Part shown: positions 28,085 to 41,677 of the stretch, piece by piece | Position numbering within the stretch: the stretch's first letter is position 1 | Layout: each line of letters opens with the position of its first letter | Assembly: GCA_951406725.2 (NCBI GenBank) | Contig: OX597820.1 | Coordinates: forward strand, 43,710,001 to 43,774,000 | DNA from: Octopus vulgaris | Lineage: Eukaryota | Length of the DNA: 64,000 bases | Direction of reading: 5' to 3' | Program-made: the position numbers and the translations under genes | Notes under the pieces: generated by a model | Databases searched by the model: none | Seen by the model: the letters and a program-made list of their open reading frames with translations, nothing else | Told to the model about the DNA's origin: nothing

Positions 28085-28132
<48 letters not shown>

Positions 28133-28133
<1 letters not shown>

Positions 28134-28200
28134 CGGATAACTGAAGAGATGGCGGCGTGGATTTCCACCTCGGCATCCGAAACTCGGAGTTTCATCATGG
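28133..28200 (+). ncRNA. Hammerhead ribozyme-like motif in a 170 bp insert between (TA)n tracts
   Basis: CCGGAUAA CUGAAGA GAUG..GUGGA UU UCCAC..CAUC C GAAAC UC G GA GUU UCAUCAUGG. Confidence 0.6.
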
Positions 28201-28298
28201 CTACCGAATAATTGTCACATATAACATTTATTATGTAAATTCTTCTAATTACATAATATCGAGGTCTTTTTCATTCTTTTGTTCTCTTACCATTTTAT

Positions 28299-28331
<33 letters not shown>

Positions 28332-29357
28332 AAAAGTGGAGTTGTAGAGTACCGCACGAGTAGAATTATATACGAAAGAAGGTTTGAAAATGCAATTTAA
28401 AAGATGTCTATTTACATTAACGGTTTCCCTCTTTGGAAAAAGATTGTCAAAAGTAACAAGTAGAAGTTTGGTTGCGTTAATTATTGGTTGTTACAAATTG
28501 CTACATTACAGTCTTTGATCTCAAGGACATGCTTAATATAGTTTCCACAAGTAATTGATATTGGTATTGGTATTGTATCTGTATATTCAAACATGCACAG
28601 AATATTGGTAGACACAGAGTACTACAATCCATATAAATATACATTCTTTGGTGACAAGGGCATGTTGAGAATATAAAAAAGTTTAACAAGCTCATTGAAA
28701 TAATGGGCTCAAAAGATTACAACAAATATATTATACATTCTCAAGATAATTTCCAGAAGGAATTATTAAAAAAAGTTCAGTAAATATTGGTATACACGTA
28801 CAGAATGTTATGAAGCTAAAACTGACCTGTCAGTTTTAGCTTCACTACTATTATAATGTAAACCATTTTGAACTCATAATATTCTGTACGTGTATACGAC
28901 GAATTTATGGGAGATATTAGAAGAGGAACGGAAGACGGTAACACATGACTTGTGCAGGAAACTTAGGTCCTGTGTCAATCGTTATGCAAGGGTGATCTCC
29001 AACAAAGCTCTACAAAAGTCATACTAACTGTATTAAGTACATATTTACGCTTTTTTTTTTAAAGTTTTGTGTTAACTGAAGCATTTTTTGGCTTGATCAT
29101 ACTTTTATTTTACACGTGAGGCATTTGGAGGTAACATGTGTTAGAGTTATTAACTTTTATTATGACCATTATACAAATTTAGATTTTTCCCAGAATTTAG
29201 CTAATGATTAAACGTATTTACGAAACCAATTGCGAATTTGTACGCTTACTAGCTTTTACAAAATTAAAAAAATATTAATCGTTTTCTGTTTTAGCTCGCT
29301 ACTGTATGTATGTACGTATAAATATACATTCATACATACAAGCATAAGTAAATATTC

Positions 29358-29395
<38 letters not shown>

Positions 29396-29813
29396 ATATA
29401 GATCTAGAGAAAGATATATATACTTATAAATATAAGTATATATAAATATAAATATAAATAAATATATAGATATATATGGATATAGATATAGAGAAAGATA
29501 TATATACTTATAAATATAAAAACAAATATTTATTCATAAGGAAAGCAATGAAAGAAGAACAAAGGTAGGTGAGAGAAAGATAGATATATTTTGTTGATGG
29601 TGTGGAACGTAAATATAAAATTGCTCAATACAAAATTTATTTACACCAAAATTAGTAGTTTCATATATGTTCATTTACACATACAACACGCACGCACATA
29701 CATGTACATACAGAACCGCTTATATATACATTTATATATCACACCTACCACACACAAACACACATATATGTGTGCATGTGTGTTATATATATATATAAAT
29801 AATAAAATAATAG

Positions 29814-29851
<38 letters not shown>

Positions 29852-29950
29852 GTATATATATATATATATATTTCATACATACATACACACATACATATAT
29901 ATATACCTACACACATATACATATATATATATACTTATATTTATACATAT

Positions 29951-30002
<52 letters not shown>

Positions 30003-30589
30003 ATGTATATGTATATATATGAATAAATATATATATGTATACATGCCTGTATGCACGGTGTTATTGTTACAATCGTATACTTGTTTCGTTATTATTATTT
30101 TTTTTTCTTCTTCTTCTCACATCAGGAAATGGAAAACCTGAACATAAAAGTTTGGTTGAGTTGTAAACAACATATACTGAGGTGTCAAGCTTGTTTGTTA
30201 TTCCACTAGGAAATATGTAAATATAGACAGAAATAAAGAAATAAATGTAAGCTTCCATTTCTTTATGACCTGCTGTCTCACAAACCAATACTTTACTTTG
30301 TTGACGGAGACACGTTTCCTTTATTATACTTGATTCTGTAGTGAATATTACGTCATAATTACGTCATAGATATTGTAATAGATAAAAACGACCACTCGTT
30401 ATCACGAAGTGATTGAAATTCATTACTTTGTTAGCTGCTCTCATGATAGATAAGCAACAAGCTAAATATCTCTCCAATTTAGATTCTCATTTGAAATCAA
30501 ACTCACTCACGTATAAGAGTATATGAGAAATGATTTTGTTTTTATTTTTCTAAAGAATTTTTAGGCTTGGGCAGTCTATGTAACATTTT

Positions 30590-30805
30590 TTACTATAGGC
30601 GCAAGGTCTGTAATTTTAAGGAAGGGGGCTAATCCATTTCATCGACCCCCAACACTGAACTTCTATTTACTTTATCGAGCTCGAAATGATGAAAGGCAGA
30701 GAGAGGAACTCGGCGGCGAAATTTGAACTCAGATCGTAAAATCTGACGAAACATTGCTAAGTAATTTGTCCAGCAAGCTAACGATTCTACGAGCTCACTG
30801 CCTTC
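30590..30805 (-). mobile_element. SINE family A, diverged
   Basis: Reverse-complement match to the family core. Confidence 0.7.
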
Positions 30806-30839
30806 AGGCATCTAAATAATGTATAAATATCTATAAAGA

Positions 30840-31700
30840 GACTGTTAGTGAGTGTCGTCTTCTCAGGTTTTTAATACAGGATTTTATATAGTTCATTCGT
30901 AGAAAGTTCCAGAAAGATGCCGAAAAGTTGGGTTGGTGGTAACATGAAACTTCGTATCTGACCTATGTGTACTTCTCCTCAGTTATTTCATGTTTGACCA
31001 TGGCACACCTGAACAGTCGGCACTGTCTGCTGTCATCATCGTCAATTGATATGCTGTAACCATTTTTAAAGTCGCTGAAATTTAGTAGTAAGAAAGTCTG
31101 AGGTTCATTTTTCTTGTTCAGTACTTCTGAATATGAAAATATGAATTAACTGTGCCGCCACACCGTATACAACCAAGTCTCCCATTACTTTTTCTGTTTT
31201 AGTTTTTTTGCCTGTTGCGATGGATTCTACTTAGAAATTTTTGATGTATTAATGACAGAAACTTCGTTTGGTATTTGTTGGCTTTCAAACTTGCCAATCT
31301 TTTTACATACTGGATTTACCGGTATACGCTTCCAGTTATTTGGAGTCTTTTTCTGTTTTCTTAACTATATATTGAGTATTACGTATAATATATTAACCAT
31401 CCATATTCCCCTCGATTTTAGTACTTCAACACCGATGACGTCTATGCTGATGCCTTATATTCTGTTTACTGCCTTTTAAACTTATTTCTTTATTTCTGCA
31501 TCGGACGGCCATCCTAGTTTTGTTGTATTGCTTCCGAATTGTGTGACAATCAAAGAGATGTTTAAATTATGTGTAAATATGTTTCTAATTTTCTATGTTT
31601 CTAATTGCCAGATTCTAAGCTCTATTTTCTCTTGCAGGTTTTTGTTTCTGCATATTCTAAGTATATTTTGGCTGCTTTACTAATTTATTTCTATCATATA
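30840..31700 (-). pseudogene. Highly decayed LINE RT N-terminal region (RTE-like)
   Basis: PSDAEIKK..IDVIGVEVLKSRG..PNNWKRIPVNPVCKKIG..NFSDFKNGYS resembles RT domains 0-3. Confidence 0.55.
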
Positions 31701-31859
31701 GCTTTGATAATATTGTCCGGAATATACATTTCCTAGCATTTCTACTTTGACAATTTACCATTATTCACAAACTGTCCTTAACGGTAGGCTCGTAGCCTGT
31801 TTCTGACAACAAATGCAGACACATGCAGATATGAGTGATTGAGTGCATGAGTAGGTGTA

Positions 31860-33138
31860 TGAGATATTTTCATTAAAGATTTCCCTTGACCAGCTTCACA
31901 AGGACTGGGATAAACGAAACTTGGCATAATTATTAGTCCTTCTCTACATAGCCACCACCATTGGTAACACACTTCTCCCATCATTCTATGCAGCTTTGCG
32001 GTCTTCGTCTGTAAAAGTCGGTAGGTTGCGTCTGAACCCAAGATTTTACCTCGGAAATAAGTTCATCATCATACGAAAAGTGCTTCCCCTTCAAAAACAA
32101 CTTCATGATTGGAAAGAGATGGAATACAGATGGTGCGAGGTCGGGAAACTAAGGATCGTGAGGAAGGACTTCACAGCCGCTTGAGTGTGCTTTCATCTCA
32201 GCAACATGCGCATTGTGAAGTGGGGCGTTGTTTTGGAGGAGGCGGACTCCTTTGGTCAGCATGCCACGTCTCTCTGCTTTAATGGCTTCCCGCAATTTCC
32301 GCAGCAGAGAAGCGTAATATACTCCGTTAATTGTGGTACCCTTTGGCAGAAAATCCATCATCACTACTCTGCGCTGATCCAAAAATACAGTGAGCATCAC
32401 CTTGCCTGCTGAGGGTTGGACACGAGCCTTCTTTTGAGGTGATGAGTTATCATGCTTACATTGCTTCGACTGGACTTTAATCCCAAGATCATAGTGACAG
32501 ACCCATTTTTTATCCTGTGTGATAAGTCTGCCGAAAACGTACTCCTCGTTTTCTTGGCACATTGCCAAAAGTGCCAGGGAGAAATTGATTTGGTTCCTGC
32601 ATTTGAAAAGGTGTGAGCATCTGGGAATCCATAATGCAGGAAACTCCGCATGTGCAAATGGTCACCAATGACTTTTTCCAAGAACTCTACACTTATCTTC
32701 ACTTCTTCGGCTAGATGCCGAATCGTCCAAATTGGCCGCTTCCACTCCATGGATGGTGTCGTCATCAATGGCAAGATATGGTCGTCCAAGAATAGGAGCA
32801 CTTTTCACCGGCGATTGACAACATTTGAACTGGCGTCACCAGTTCTTGTCTACGTCGTATGATGGTGCATCGTCACCATACACTTCTGTCATCTCATTAA
32901 AAGTCTCTTTTGGTCTACGACCTTTCAAGTATAAGAACCTGATCACTGATCTGCATTCAACTGCCTCCATTATAACACCACATTCCACTTCAGCAGCCGT
33001 AAAAGACAAACGAATGCTAGTGAGAAGCTGCAATTTACAATGTAACATGTAGAGACATGTATGATTATATTTGTACAAGTTCCGTTTCCTGCAATAACCT
33101 CGAGTGGGTCAGAGGCAATCCTTAATGAACATCCCTCG
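31860..33138 (-). mobile_element. Full-length decayed mariner transposon
   Basis: RSVIRFLYLKG..VYGDDA, LITQDKKWVCHYD, SAGKVMLTVF, LLQNNAPLH, PDLAPS; degenerate TIRs with TA flanks; ~1.28 kb. Confidence 0.9.
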
Positions 33139-34809
33139 TAATGTATGAGTCAGTGTGTGCACGTGTGTTTTTTGTACGTATGTTGTTCTGTATCCAGAAC
33201 TACAGGGCAACCAGTCACTCGTAATTTGATTTTGACTTTCGTTTAAAGGCATTCAGCTTTATTCATGTCATCATATCTGTTGCGTAAAATTCCTTTCCAA
33301 ATAAATGTCATTCATTTCTGTGCATTGTCATGCAATTTTTTAATATTTATGATGCATACACTAATAGAAATGCATAGAAATTAATGTAGAAAATAAACAT
33401 GGAGCGCAAATGATATATTAAACAATATGACTAACCTGTGTGCTTCATTAGCTAGCTTTGAAAGGATCTGTGATGGTTATCTTCCCAGTCTCTCTTATTC
33501 CGGTGTGTTAATGTTTTACATAAAGCGTTGCAAGTCAATGACTGAAAGAAAGGCATGTCCGGGACTGGAATTTTCGTGGACTTACGACCTGATGTAGAAT
33601 GACGTGTTCACTACAGTAGAGATTGGTTGGAGGTTGGACGCAAAATAGGATATAAAAAGAAGAAAAACGGGTGAGATGGGAGTGGCAGTATAGAGGTGAT
33701 AGAGAACTAATCAGATCCGAGGAGTAGAAGCCATTGTAATAGTTTTAGGAAAGGCACGGAAAGAAATCGGCACCTGAGGAACCGGTTTATCTCCAACTGA
33801 TTTTGCACCAATTAGAATACGACTGTTATTTCTATGCGATATAGGGTCTCTGTGTGGGTTGTAATATTTATGACCAAGATGTCGAAACAATAACCTTTTG
33901 CGGGTCCCACTTAAGTTTTATAGAATAATTTAATGTGGGGACGAAATATGTTTACCTTTAAAGAAATGGTCAGTTTTTGAGATGCAGGGATATCTACGCA
34001 TGCTATGGATATGTATTTGCCATGACAGATCATATCGATGATCAAGAATGTTCTAGGAGTGTGTTGCTAACATTTATGCGCTGAGGACAAGAAGATGTTT
34101 CATTTAATGTTGTGTTGTATTTAGTTTATCCAGTGCCTTTTTTAATATATTCAGACAGTGTTGACGTGACCCACTTAAACATTGCTATCAATGCAAATTT
34201 GGTTTGCAGTGACTATGATAAAATGGTTAGAAACAGAACTTAGTATTTTAGCAAATAATAATGTTGTGAAGAAAATATCATCACATAATATTGCTCCAAT
34301 ACTAAAAGACTTTAAAATGGCAATTGATGAATTCATCTGACTTGGGATGAGAACCTGCATCATTATCATCAACACACGAAGCCTACAAGTTTATTTTCTT
34401 ATCAATGGTCATATCGCAGCTCTCTTTAGACATACTCTGCTTGTAATTCCTTCTTAGAATTGTAGCTGAAATGTTTCTTTATCTACAGTTCGTACGAAAT
34501 TTGTGAGTTCCTAAGTTTTAACGTTAAATAAGCACTCATAGTTTACATGAATTACTTTTGTGTATCTCAAAGCTTTCTTTTTTTACAATCTCATCACAAA
34601 CAACCTGGAATTCAATAATTCCCCCTTCGGATTATTTCAAAGCAAATAAGAAAAATCAAAAAAATCATTAAAAATTACCTCTTTTAAGCAAGTTGTATAA
34701 TAGGGTTTATTGTCTCGTCGACATTTTCCCTATTGATCAAGAGTATGTGAATGTTGGTTCTGTTTAAACGAAGTAGACTGATGCCATGACATTCTAGTTT
34801 GTCCTCCAT

Positions 34810-35285
34810 CATTTCTCTTTCCGTTCACATACCTCAACATTTTACAAAGCCGGTGGTGCTTAATTTCGCCCACTATATATGGCGTTAACAGCTGTTTCCC
34901 GGACAGTATGCCCAACTAATTCCAGTATTACCAGTTACAGAAACCTGTATCAGTTTTATATTCGACGCCTCTACTTACAGCATAGAAATGCATTCTCTAT
35001 CTACTTCCCTTTAAGGAAAGTCGATTGTTGAAAATTAAATGTCTAACTCTCCCCTTCAACATTTCTCTTTCCGTTCACATACCTCAACATTCTACAAAGC
35101 CTTAAAGTACTTAATTTCGTCCACTATATATGGCGTTAACACCTGTTTCCCGGACAGTATGCCCAACTAATCTCAGTAATACGAGTTACAGAAACCTTCA
35201 GTTTTACATTCTCATTGAACTGCATCCTCTACCTTTCTCCCTTTAAGAAAAGTCGGTTGTTGAGAAGTAAAAGTCTAACCTTCCC
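34810..35285. repeat. Diverged tandem duplication, period ~249 bp
   Basis: CATTTCTCTTTCCGTTCACATACCTCAACATT at 34810 and 35059, with continued similarity. Confidence 0.85.
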
Positions 35286-35888
35286 TCTCTCTGTCTCTTA
35301 TTGACTATCTTATAATATAAATTAGAACGTTACGCAGTCGAATATTTTATCGGGAAGGAACTATTCTGTGAGTCTGACACCTTTCTCAAGACATTGATGG
35401 CATATGTTTCTAATGTATTAATAACTTAGGTAATATGTTCAATTTCGATTATATCCAATATATATTATTATTTCCAATGGTTCATAACTTTACTTTCACG
35501 GTTTTAAGTAGCATAGAGACGAATCTCTTGCTGAATAGGAAAATTTATGGCCGATCTAACACCTATTGTCAACAACTACATAAAGTGATACATTCAGAAT
35601 AAGTGTAATGCTCAAAATTATGTTAGTGATTATTGACATTAAATTGAAACTGAACCTAAATTGTGATTTTGTGACCTAATACTTTTCGACTTGCCCATTT
35701 CAGCTTATCATAAACGATCTTATATATTACCATTCACACCGTTTCAATCATCTTTGCTCACAAAGTTTGTGTCTGTTTGCCAGAAGGTTTTTGTTTTAAT
35801 ATTTTCGAATTAGTAACGTTTAGATACAAGGATTTTATAAAAGACAGAGCAATGTAGCATACTGAATATGTATATTGTCTATTCTAAC

Positions 35889-36292
35889 ACTATACGTACT
35901 CAAAGGGATTTTTCTTGGACGAAATGTCACAACTTCAAGCGTTTAACAATACACATACAACACACATACATATGTATGCGTATACATTCATACAACCCCA
36001 CACACAAACACACATACATACATGTATGAATATATATATACATAATGCATACATACATACATGCATACATACATACATGCATACATACATACTATACGTA
36101 CTCAAAGGGATTTTTCTTGGACGAAATGTCACAACTTCAAGCGTTTAACAATACACATACAACACACATACATATGTATGCGTATACATTCATACAACCC
36201 CACACACAAACACACATACATACATGTATGAATATATATATACATAATGCATACATACATACATGCATACATACATACATGCATACATACAT
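35889..36292. repeat. Apparently identical tandem duplication, period 202 bp
   Basis: ACTATACGTACTCAAAGGGATTTTTCTTGG at 35889 and 36091. Confidence 0.9.
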
Positions 36293-36322
36293 ACATACAT
36301 ACATACATACATACATGCATAC

Positions 36323-36513
36323 ATAGAAGGTTGATTGGTTTTGCACCTGTAAAGCGCTTAGCTGTATAGGGGTATCATCAGGCTCAACTGTAAAGAGGCT
36401 GTATGATGTACATCCGGCCATTTGAGTTTGACTAGTCGCCTGTATAGCTAAGCACTTTACAGGTGTGAAACTTATGGTCACTCTCTGACCGGACATAATA
36501 ATCAACCTTCTAT
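36323..36513. repeat. 190 bp imperfect hairpin (MITE-like)
   Basis: ATAGAAGGTTGATT/AATCAACCTTCTAT ends; inner CACCTGTAAAGCGCTTAGCTGTATAGG/CCTGTATAGCTAAGCACTTTACAGGTG. Confidence 0.8.
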
Positions 36514-36569
36514 AAATATAATACTGCACGTATATTTTAGTGTGTGCTTCTTTTCCGGATATATATATA

Positions 36570-36968
36570 CTAGCAGTATCGCCCGGCGTTGCTCGGGTTT
36601 GTAAGGGAAATAACTATATAAGCATTTTTAGAGAGTTATAGCCAAAAAATAGCAAAAAATGCATTAAAATATGGAAAAAAAATGATGGTAAATTTTTTTT
36701 TAAATCGTTGACTCAACGTAGACATTTTTAGAGAGTTACTTCCCTTTTTTTAATAGCGAAAAAAATGCATAAAAATGGGGAAAAAATTATGGTAATTTTT
36801 TTTAAATCGTAGACTCATCGTAGAAGCGCGCTAATACCCAGAAGGGCTCGATATGAATCACGACTATAAGATACCCGGTTTTGGTTAAACTGCACCGCAA
36901 AATGTGGGAGTAGTTAGGAATCTAAATCGTAGGAGACAGACACACAACTTGACTTTTATATATAAAGA
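36570..36968 (-). mobile_element. Non-autonomous Helitron (copy 2 of 3)
   Basis: Reverse complement of 17678-18072 with TC/CTAG ends. Confidence 0.9.
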
Positions 36969-39734
36969 TATATACGTATACATATCGTATATATCGGAGG
37001 AAGGGGAGGCGGAGGCAGAGGAGGTAGAGGAAGGGGAGGAAAGGAGAAAGGGAGGGGATAAAAGGCGGAGGAAGAGGAGAAAAAGAAGAACAGCAACAAC
37101 AAGAGGAAAAGACAAACAGGAAGAAGAAAGGAGGGGAGAGGGGGAGGAAGAAGAGGAGGAGGAGAAGAAGAAGAAGAAGAAGAAGAAGAAGAAGAAGAAG
37201 AAGAAGAAGAAGAAGAAGAAGAAAAAGAAGAAGATAAAGAAGAAGAAGAAGATTAGTGTACCGTTTCTGTGTATCTCAATGAAAATAGTGACATATTCTA
37301 TGTCAAAATTTTGAATTGGCAATTTGTTTACTAATACACACTTTAAAATGATGGATAGAAAAAAGAAAAATGAGAAAAAGCAGCGAAAGGTACAGGAGGA
37401 GGAGGAGGCATTGGGTCACATATCCCAAACACAAGTGGGGTGCTTAAATCGCTGCACAAACATCGAAATAGAGAAACTAATTTAATCAGTTCGGTAGGTT
37501 GCATCAATGCAATTCTATGGTACCCAGGATTTTGAATACAACTAAAAGGTTCCTTCGTCGGATGCAATGATGATCATTCTAGCTGCTCAATCAACAACGA
37601 ATTTACTGAATTACCTTGAAGTGGTTTAGTATTTCAGTCACGTGTCGTCTTAATATATTCATGATGCACAATTACTGTAACATGTTCTGCAACAGAAGAA
37701 TCCTTTGAATTACAGGTACAATGCACCCGAGAGATTTCAATACAATTTTCGTGTGACCGGTTTGATTCTAAGCTTGAGGTTAATCTGTGGTTAAGGTTAG
37801 GTAGTAACGTAGGAGACACATCCAAGATGCTACGCATTGTGATCAATTCAATGACGTCATGAACGTTATACGAACTTGTCATCCAGTGGACTGTGCTTGT
37901 GCTTAGCACTTGTAGCAATGAAACATCCATTCAGAATATTTTGTGGAATTGCGGGTCTCAAAGCAAATCCATCAATACAAGTAGAGAATAGAAACATAAA
38001 GAAAAAAAACATTGCGTCGGCATTATCATTTGCTGAATCACAAAAAATGAATGCCGAGGTGTCAGCGGTGTGTCCCATCGCACTACGAGGTCACGGGACA
38101 ATAAATTCATAACAAATCGATAACCATAGTGGTTATGATTTTTGTTTTCGTTTATTCATCTATTTATTTATTTTAATGTTGATTACTTCGATAGATGTTT
38201 TCCAAGACCTAATTTGCAAAAGTATTTTAATATTTCGATGAAAACAAAAATCAGTATTACTACGAGAAAGGAAGTACTGCACAGCTATTTCCTAATTTTG
38301 TCACACTACAATGAGCAGCATTAGTATTCGTGATGTTATTTAATTACTCTTTGCCTCAGATCTAATATTTCTTAATTATAACATTTTTTTCCTCCTTAAC
38401 AGAATACAAGTAAGGTCAAAACGTGCCATTTTGTAGGAATATTAATTTTATTTCATTTTGAAATTTGTAAGAAATTTATATTTAAAAAAATAGGAAAATA
38501 TGTAGGTGGGAAGGTGTGGAGGATAAATGTTAAATTCCATTGAGATTGTAAAGAGAACGTTTATTTCTGTTTTCATTCATTTATTCCTTTCGGTGGGGTA
38601 AATGTCGGTTTAAAAACAAGAATAAAATTTCAATGAAAATAAAAATATAAAAATGTTTATAAATGAAAGAAGCAATAGAATGGGAAATAGAGAAAGACCG
38701 AAGATGAAGAGAGAGTGATTGGGTGGAAGTCAGAAAGAGAAGAGAGAGACAGGAAGGAATTGGAGCCGATTTGCTGCAAAAAGAAATAAAGGCAAGAATA
38801 TAGAAACGAAAGTAATTAAGGAAAGAAAGAATTGAATGGAGATAAAGAGAAACGATAAGTTAAAGATTCTAATGAAACCATGGGGAGAGGAATGAAAGCG
38901 ATATAGGTTTCCGTTGATTAGTCACAAAGAGCTGTAAATTTTTGTCGGATAAATGGGTAGGGATATTAAATGTGGCCAGCATTCATACCGGTTCCTCCTG
39001 AAATGAGCTATTTTTCATTTTCTATTGAGGGTTGAAACAGAATAGTTCACTCTTGGTTTTTACAGCTCCCACCAAAATGGAAATATCGTTATAGAAAACA
39101 ACGTAAATGCATAAACAAATAAGGTTTGCACAGATAAAAAAAAAAAACAGTAAAGGAACAGAATAATTAATAAAAATAAAGAGTGAAACTAAAACAAACG
39201 AAATATAATGAAAAGAAGCAAGAGGTAAACGATAAACAATATATCTGTTGTCAAGAATTAAGTAAATGTGTGTTAAGAAATTTATTTTGTTTTCTCTGAT
39301 ATGAAAAGTATTACTTTTTATGTTTTTATGTTTCTAATTTCTTTGTATTCACTTCTGTTATTCTCTTTCTATTTGTGTTGGTTACTTGACAGGAAAAAAA
39401 AAACACGAAAGATAAAGACAGAATAAAATGGACAGCATTGAAATTTAACAAATGATTGTTGATGGTATCCTAGAAAAAAAAAGAGGTCAAATGGTACCAC
39501 CAAATAATTGACCTCTGTAGAAAGATTGCGTTGATCAAAGTAAGCACTGAAACAATATATAACAATAATAGCACCGGTAGTACTAATAATAGTAATAATC
39601 GAAATAACAATAAGATTGTTATTGTTTTTTGTTTTGCTTTTTGCCAAAGGGCCCAACACGTTGGGGACAGTAGAAAGATGGGAACAAACAATGAATATAT
39701 AAGAATTCGTGTGTGAGTTATTGTGTGCTTGTGT

Positions 39735-39815
<81 letters not shown>

Positions 39816-40015
39816 AGTGTATCTGTGGGGATAAGCGTTTGTTTGAGTGAGTTCGTGAAGTGGATTAACATAGAAAACAAAAATACTATTGTACCAAGTG
39901 GCGAATAATTAGAATTATCAAACCATAGCAGAAGAGATGGAAGAATTTATTGTAAACGACATATATACAACGTGAGCGCGCGTGCAGATATATGTGCAAG
40001 TATGTATGTGTCTGC

Positions 40016-40048
<33 letters not shown>

Positions 40049-40056
40049 GTTGTGCG

Positions 40057-40345
40057 TGGAGGCGCAATGGCCCAGTGGTTAGGGCAGCGGACTCGCGGTT
40101 GTAGGATCGCGACTTCGATTCCCAGACCGGGCGTTGTGAGTGTTTATTGAGCGAAAACCCCTAAAGCTCCACGAGCCTCCGGCATGGGGTGGTGGCAATC
40201 ACTGCTGTACTCTTCGCTATAACTTTCTCTCTTTCTTCTGTTGGCCTGCCCGCTTAGCGGGTTGGCGTCATTTGAAGGCTAAAACAATGCGAAGCGCATT
40301 GTGACCAGCGATGTGTAGCAGCAGCTGATAGCCTGGTCGGTCACG

Positions 40346-40349
<4 letters not shown>
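40057..40349 (+). mobile_element. tRNA-derived SINE, family C head with an alternative tail
   Basis: A-box TGGCCCAGTGG, B-box-like CTTCGATTCC; head matches the 59918 copy, tail differs. Confidence 0.8.
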
Positions 40350-40377
<28 letters not shown>

Positions 40378-40549
40378 CGCGCGCACGTATGTGCGTACAT
40401 GTACGCACAGAACAGTTCTCTTTAAAGAATGTAGAATTAATAGTAATATGTATGATATTAAAAATCTAAGGAACAAGGAGTGGAGATCTTGTAATATCTT
40501 AGTTTTATATATATATAGTTTAATATATATATATTTTTGATATATATAC

Positions 40550-40757
40550 TGTTATGTCGCAATACTACACAGTGGCTGTGTGAGCATCTCATCTTCGTCG
40601 CCAATGTTATGTCGCACATTCGGATGCCTTCTACTCAACTCTCACCGCTACTCTGCTGTAGTCTCCTGTTCTCTCTAGTCTTCGATTTCTAGGCTTCTCC
40701 TTCAATATCTACGTATTGGGTTAGCCTACTTCGTCGTCTGGGGGCGTCCACACCACA
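40550..40757. mobile_element. Solo-LTR-like insertion
   Basis: Starts TGT, ends ACA, flanked by the 5 bp direct repeat TATAC (40545-49, 40758-62). Confidence 0.5.
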
Positions 40758-41064
40758 TATACATACATATGTACATATATATATATATACACACACACAT
40801 ATACATTTTACTCATATATATATATATATATATATAATTAATCAATATAGGGTGGCAAAAAAAAATTTTGTAGAATTCTTTTGCCACCAGCGGCCTAGTG
40901 GGAAAAAATTAAATAGTCATAAACCATTTTTAAGTTCAACATCAACAATCAAGGAACGGCCATAATAGGCCATTCACCCACTAGAAATAACAGCCAAACG
41001 CTTTAACCGCAAAATAACGTTAATTCCGTAAACCAGGAGAAAATTGAAAAACATTTACCCTGTA

Positions 41065-41171
41065 ATTTCTTAGACGATGCACCGTTTCATCTTCTGTTTA
41101 ATGGAAAACTAACCTGATTAAATTAAATCAAGCCAATCCACCATAGGCCCTTAGATTCATCAGTAAGAAAT
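41065..41171 (-). ncRNA. Type I hammerhead ribozyme (mirror copy)
   Basis: Reverse complement of 41414-41520. Confidence 0.85.
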
Positions 41172-41413
41172 AGCCAAACCGGAACAGATATTTTTTACGA
41201 GGCATTCTCATTGCTACCTCGTCAATATCTGACCTAAAATTTTCAAATCGTCGCACTCGCGCCAAATTTATCGGCAGCAAATAAATATAAGCCGCCGATT
41301 CCATTTGCTGCCGATAAATTTGGCGCGAGTGCGACGATTTGAAAATTTTAGGTCAGATATTGACGAGGTAGCAATGAGAATGCCTCGTGAAAAATATCTG
41401 TTCCGGTTTGGCT

Positions 41414-41520
41414 ATTTCTTACTGATGAATCTAAGGGCCTATGGTGGATTGGCTTGATTTAATTTAATCAGGTTAGTTTTCCATTAAACAGAAGATGAAA
41501 CGGTGCATCGTCTAAGAAAT
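41414..41520 (+). ncRNA. Type I hammerhead ribozyme, canonical core, long helix II
   Basis: AUUUCUUA CUGAUGA AUCU..AGAU GAAAC GGUGCAUC GUC UAAGAAAU; 8 bp perfect helix I; predicted cut after C41512. Confidence 0.88.
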
Positions 41521-41641
41521 TACAGGGTAAATGTTTTTCAATTTTCTCCTGGTTTACGGAATTAACGTTATTTTGCGGTTAAAGCGTTTGGCTGTTATTT
41601 CTAGTGGGTGAATGGCCTATTATGGCCGTTCCTTGATTGTT

Positions 41642-41677
<36 letters not shown>

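Larger units (their letters stand above)
40836..41644 (-). mobile_element. Young HHR-bearing fold-back element (342 bp arms) with long target duplication
   Basis: Arms 40941-41282 and 41303-41644, one mismatch seen, 20 nt loop; (TA)nCACACACACATATACATTTTACTCATATA on both sides. Confidence 0.85.

Noticed and set aside
35889-36292. 202 bp exact tandem duplication as a functional element
   Set aside because: Identical copies ending in a microsatellite; simple slippage or an assembly artefact is more likely.
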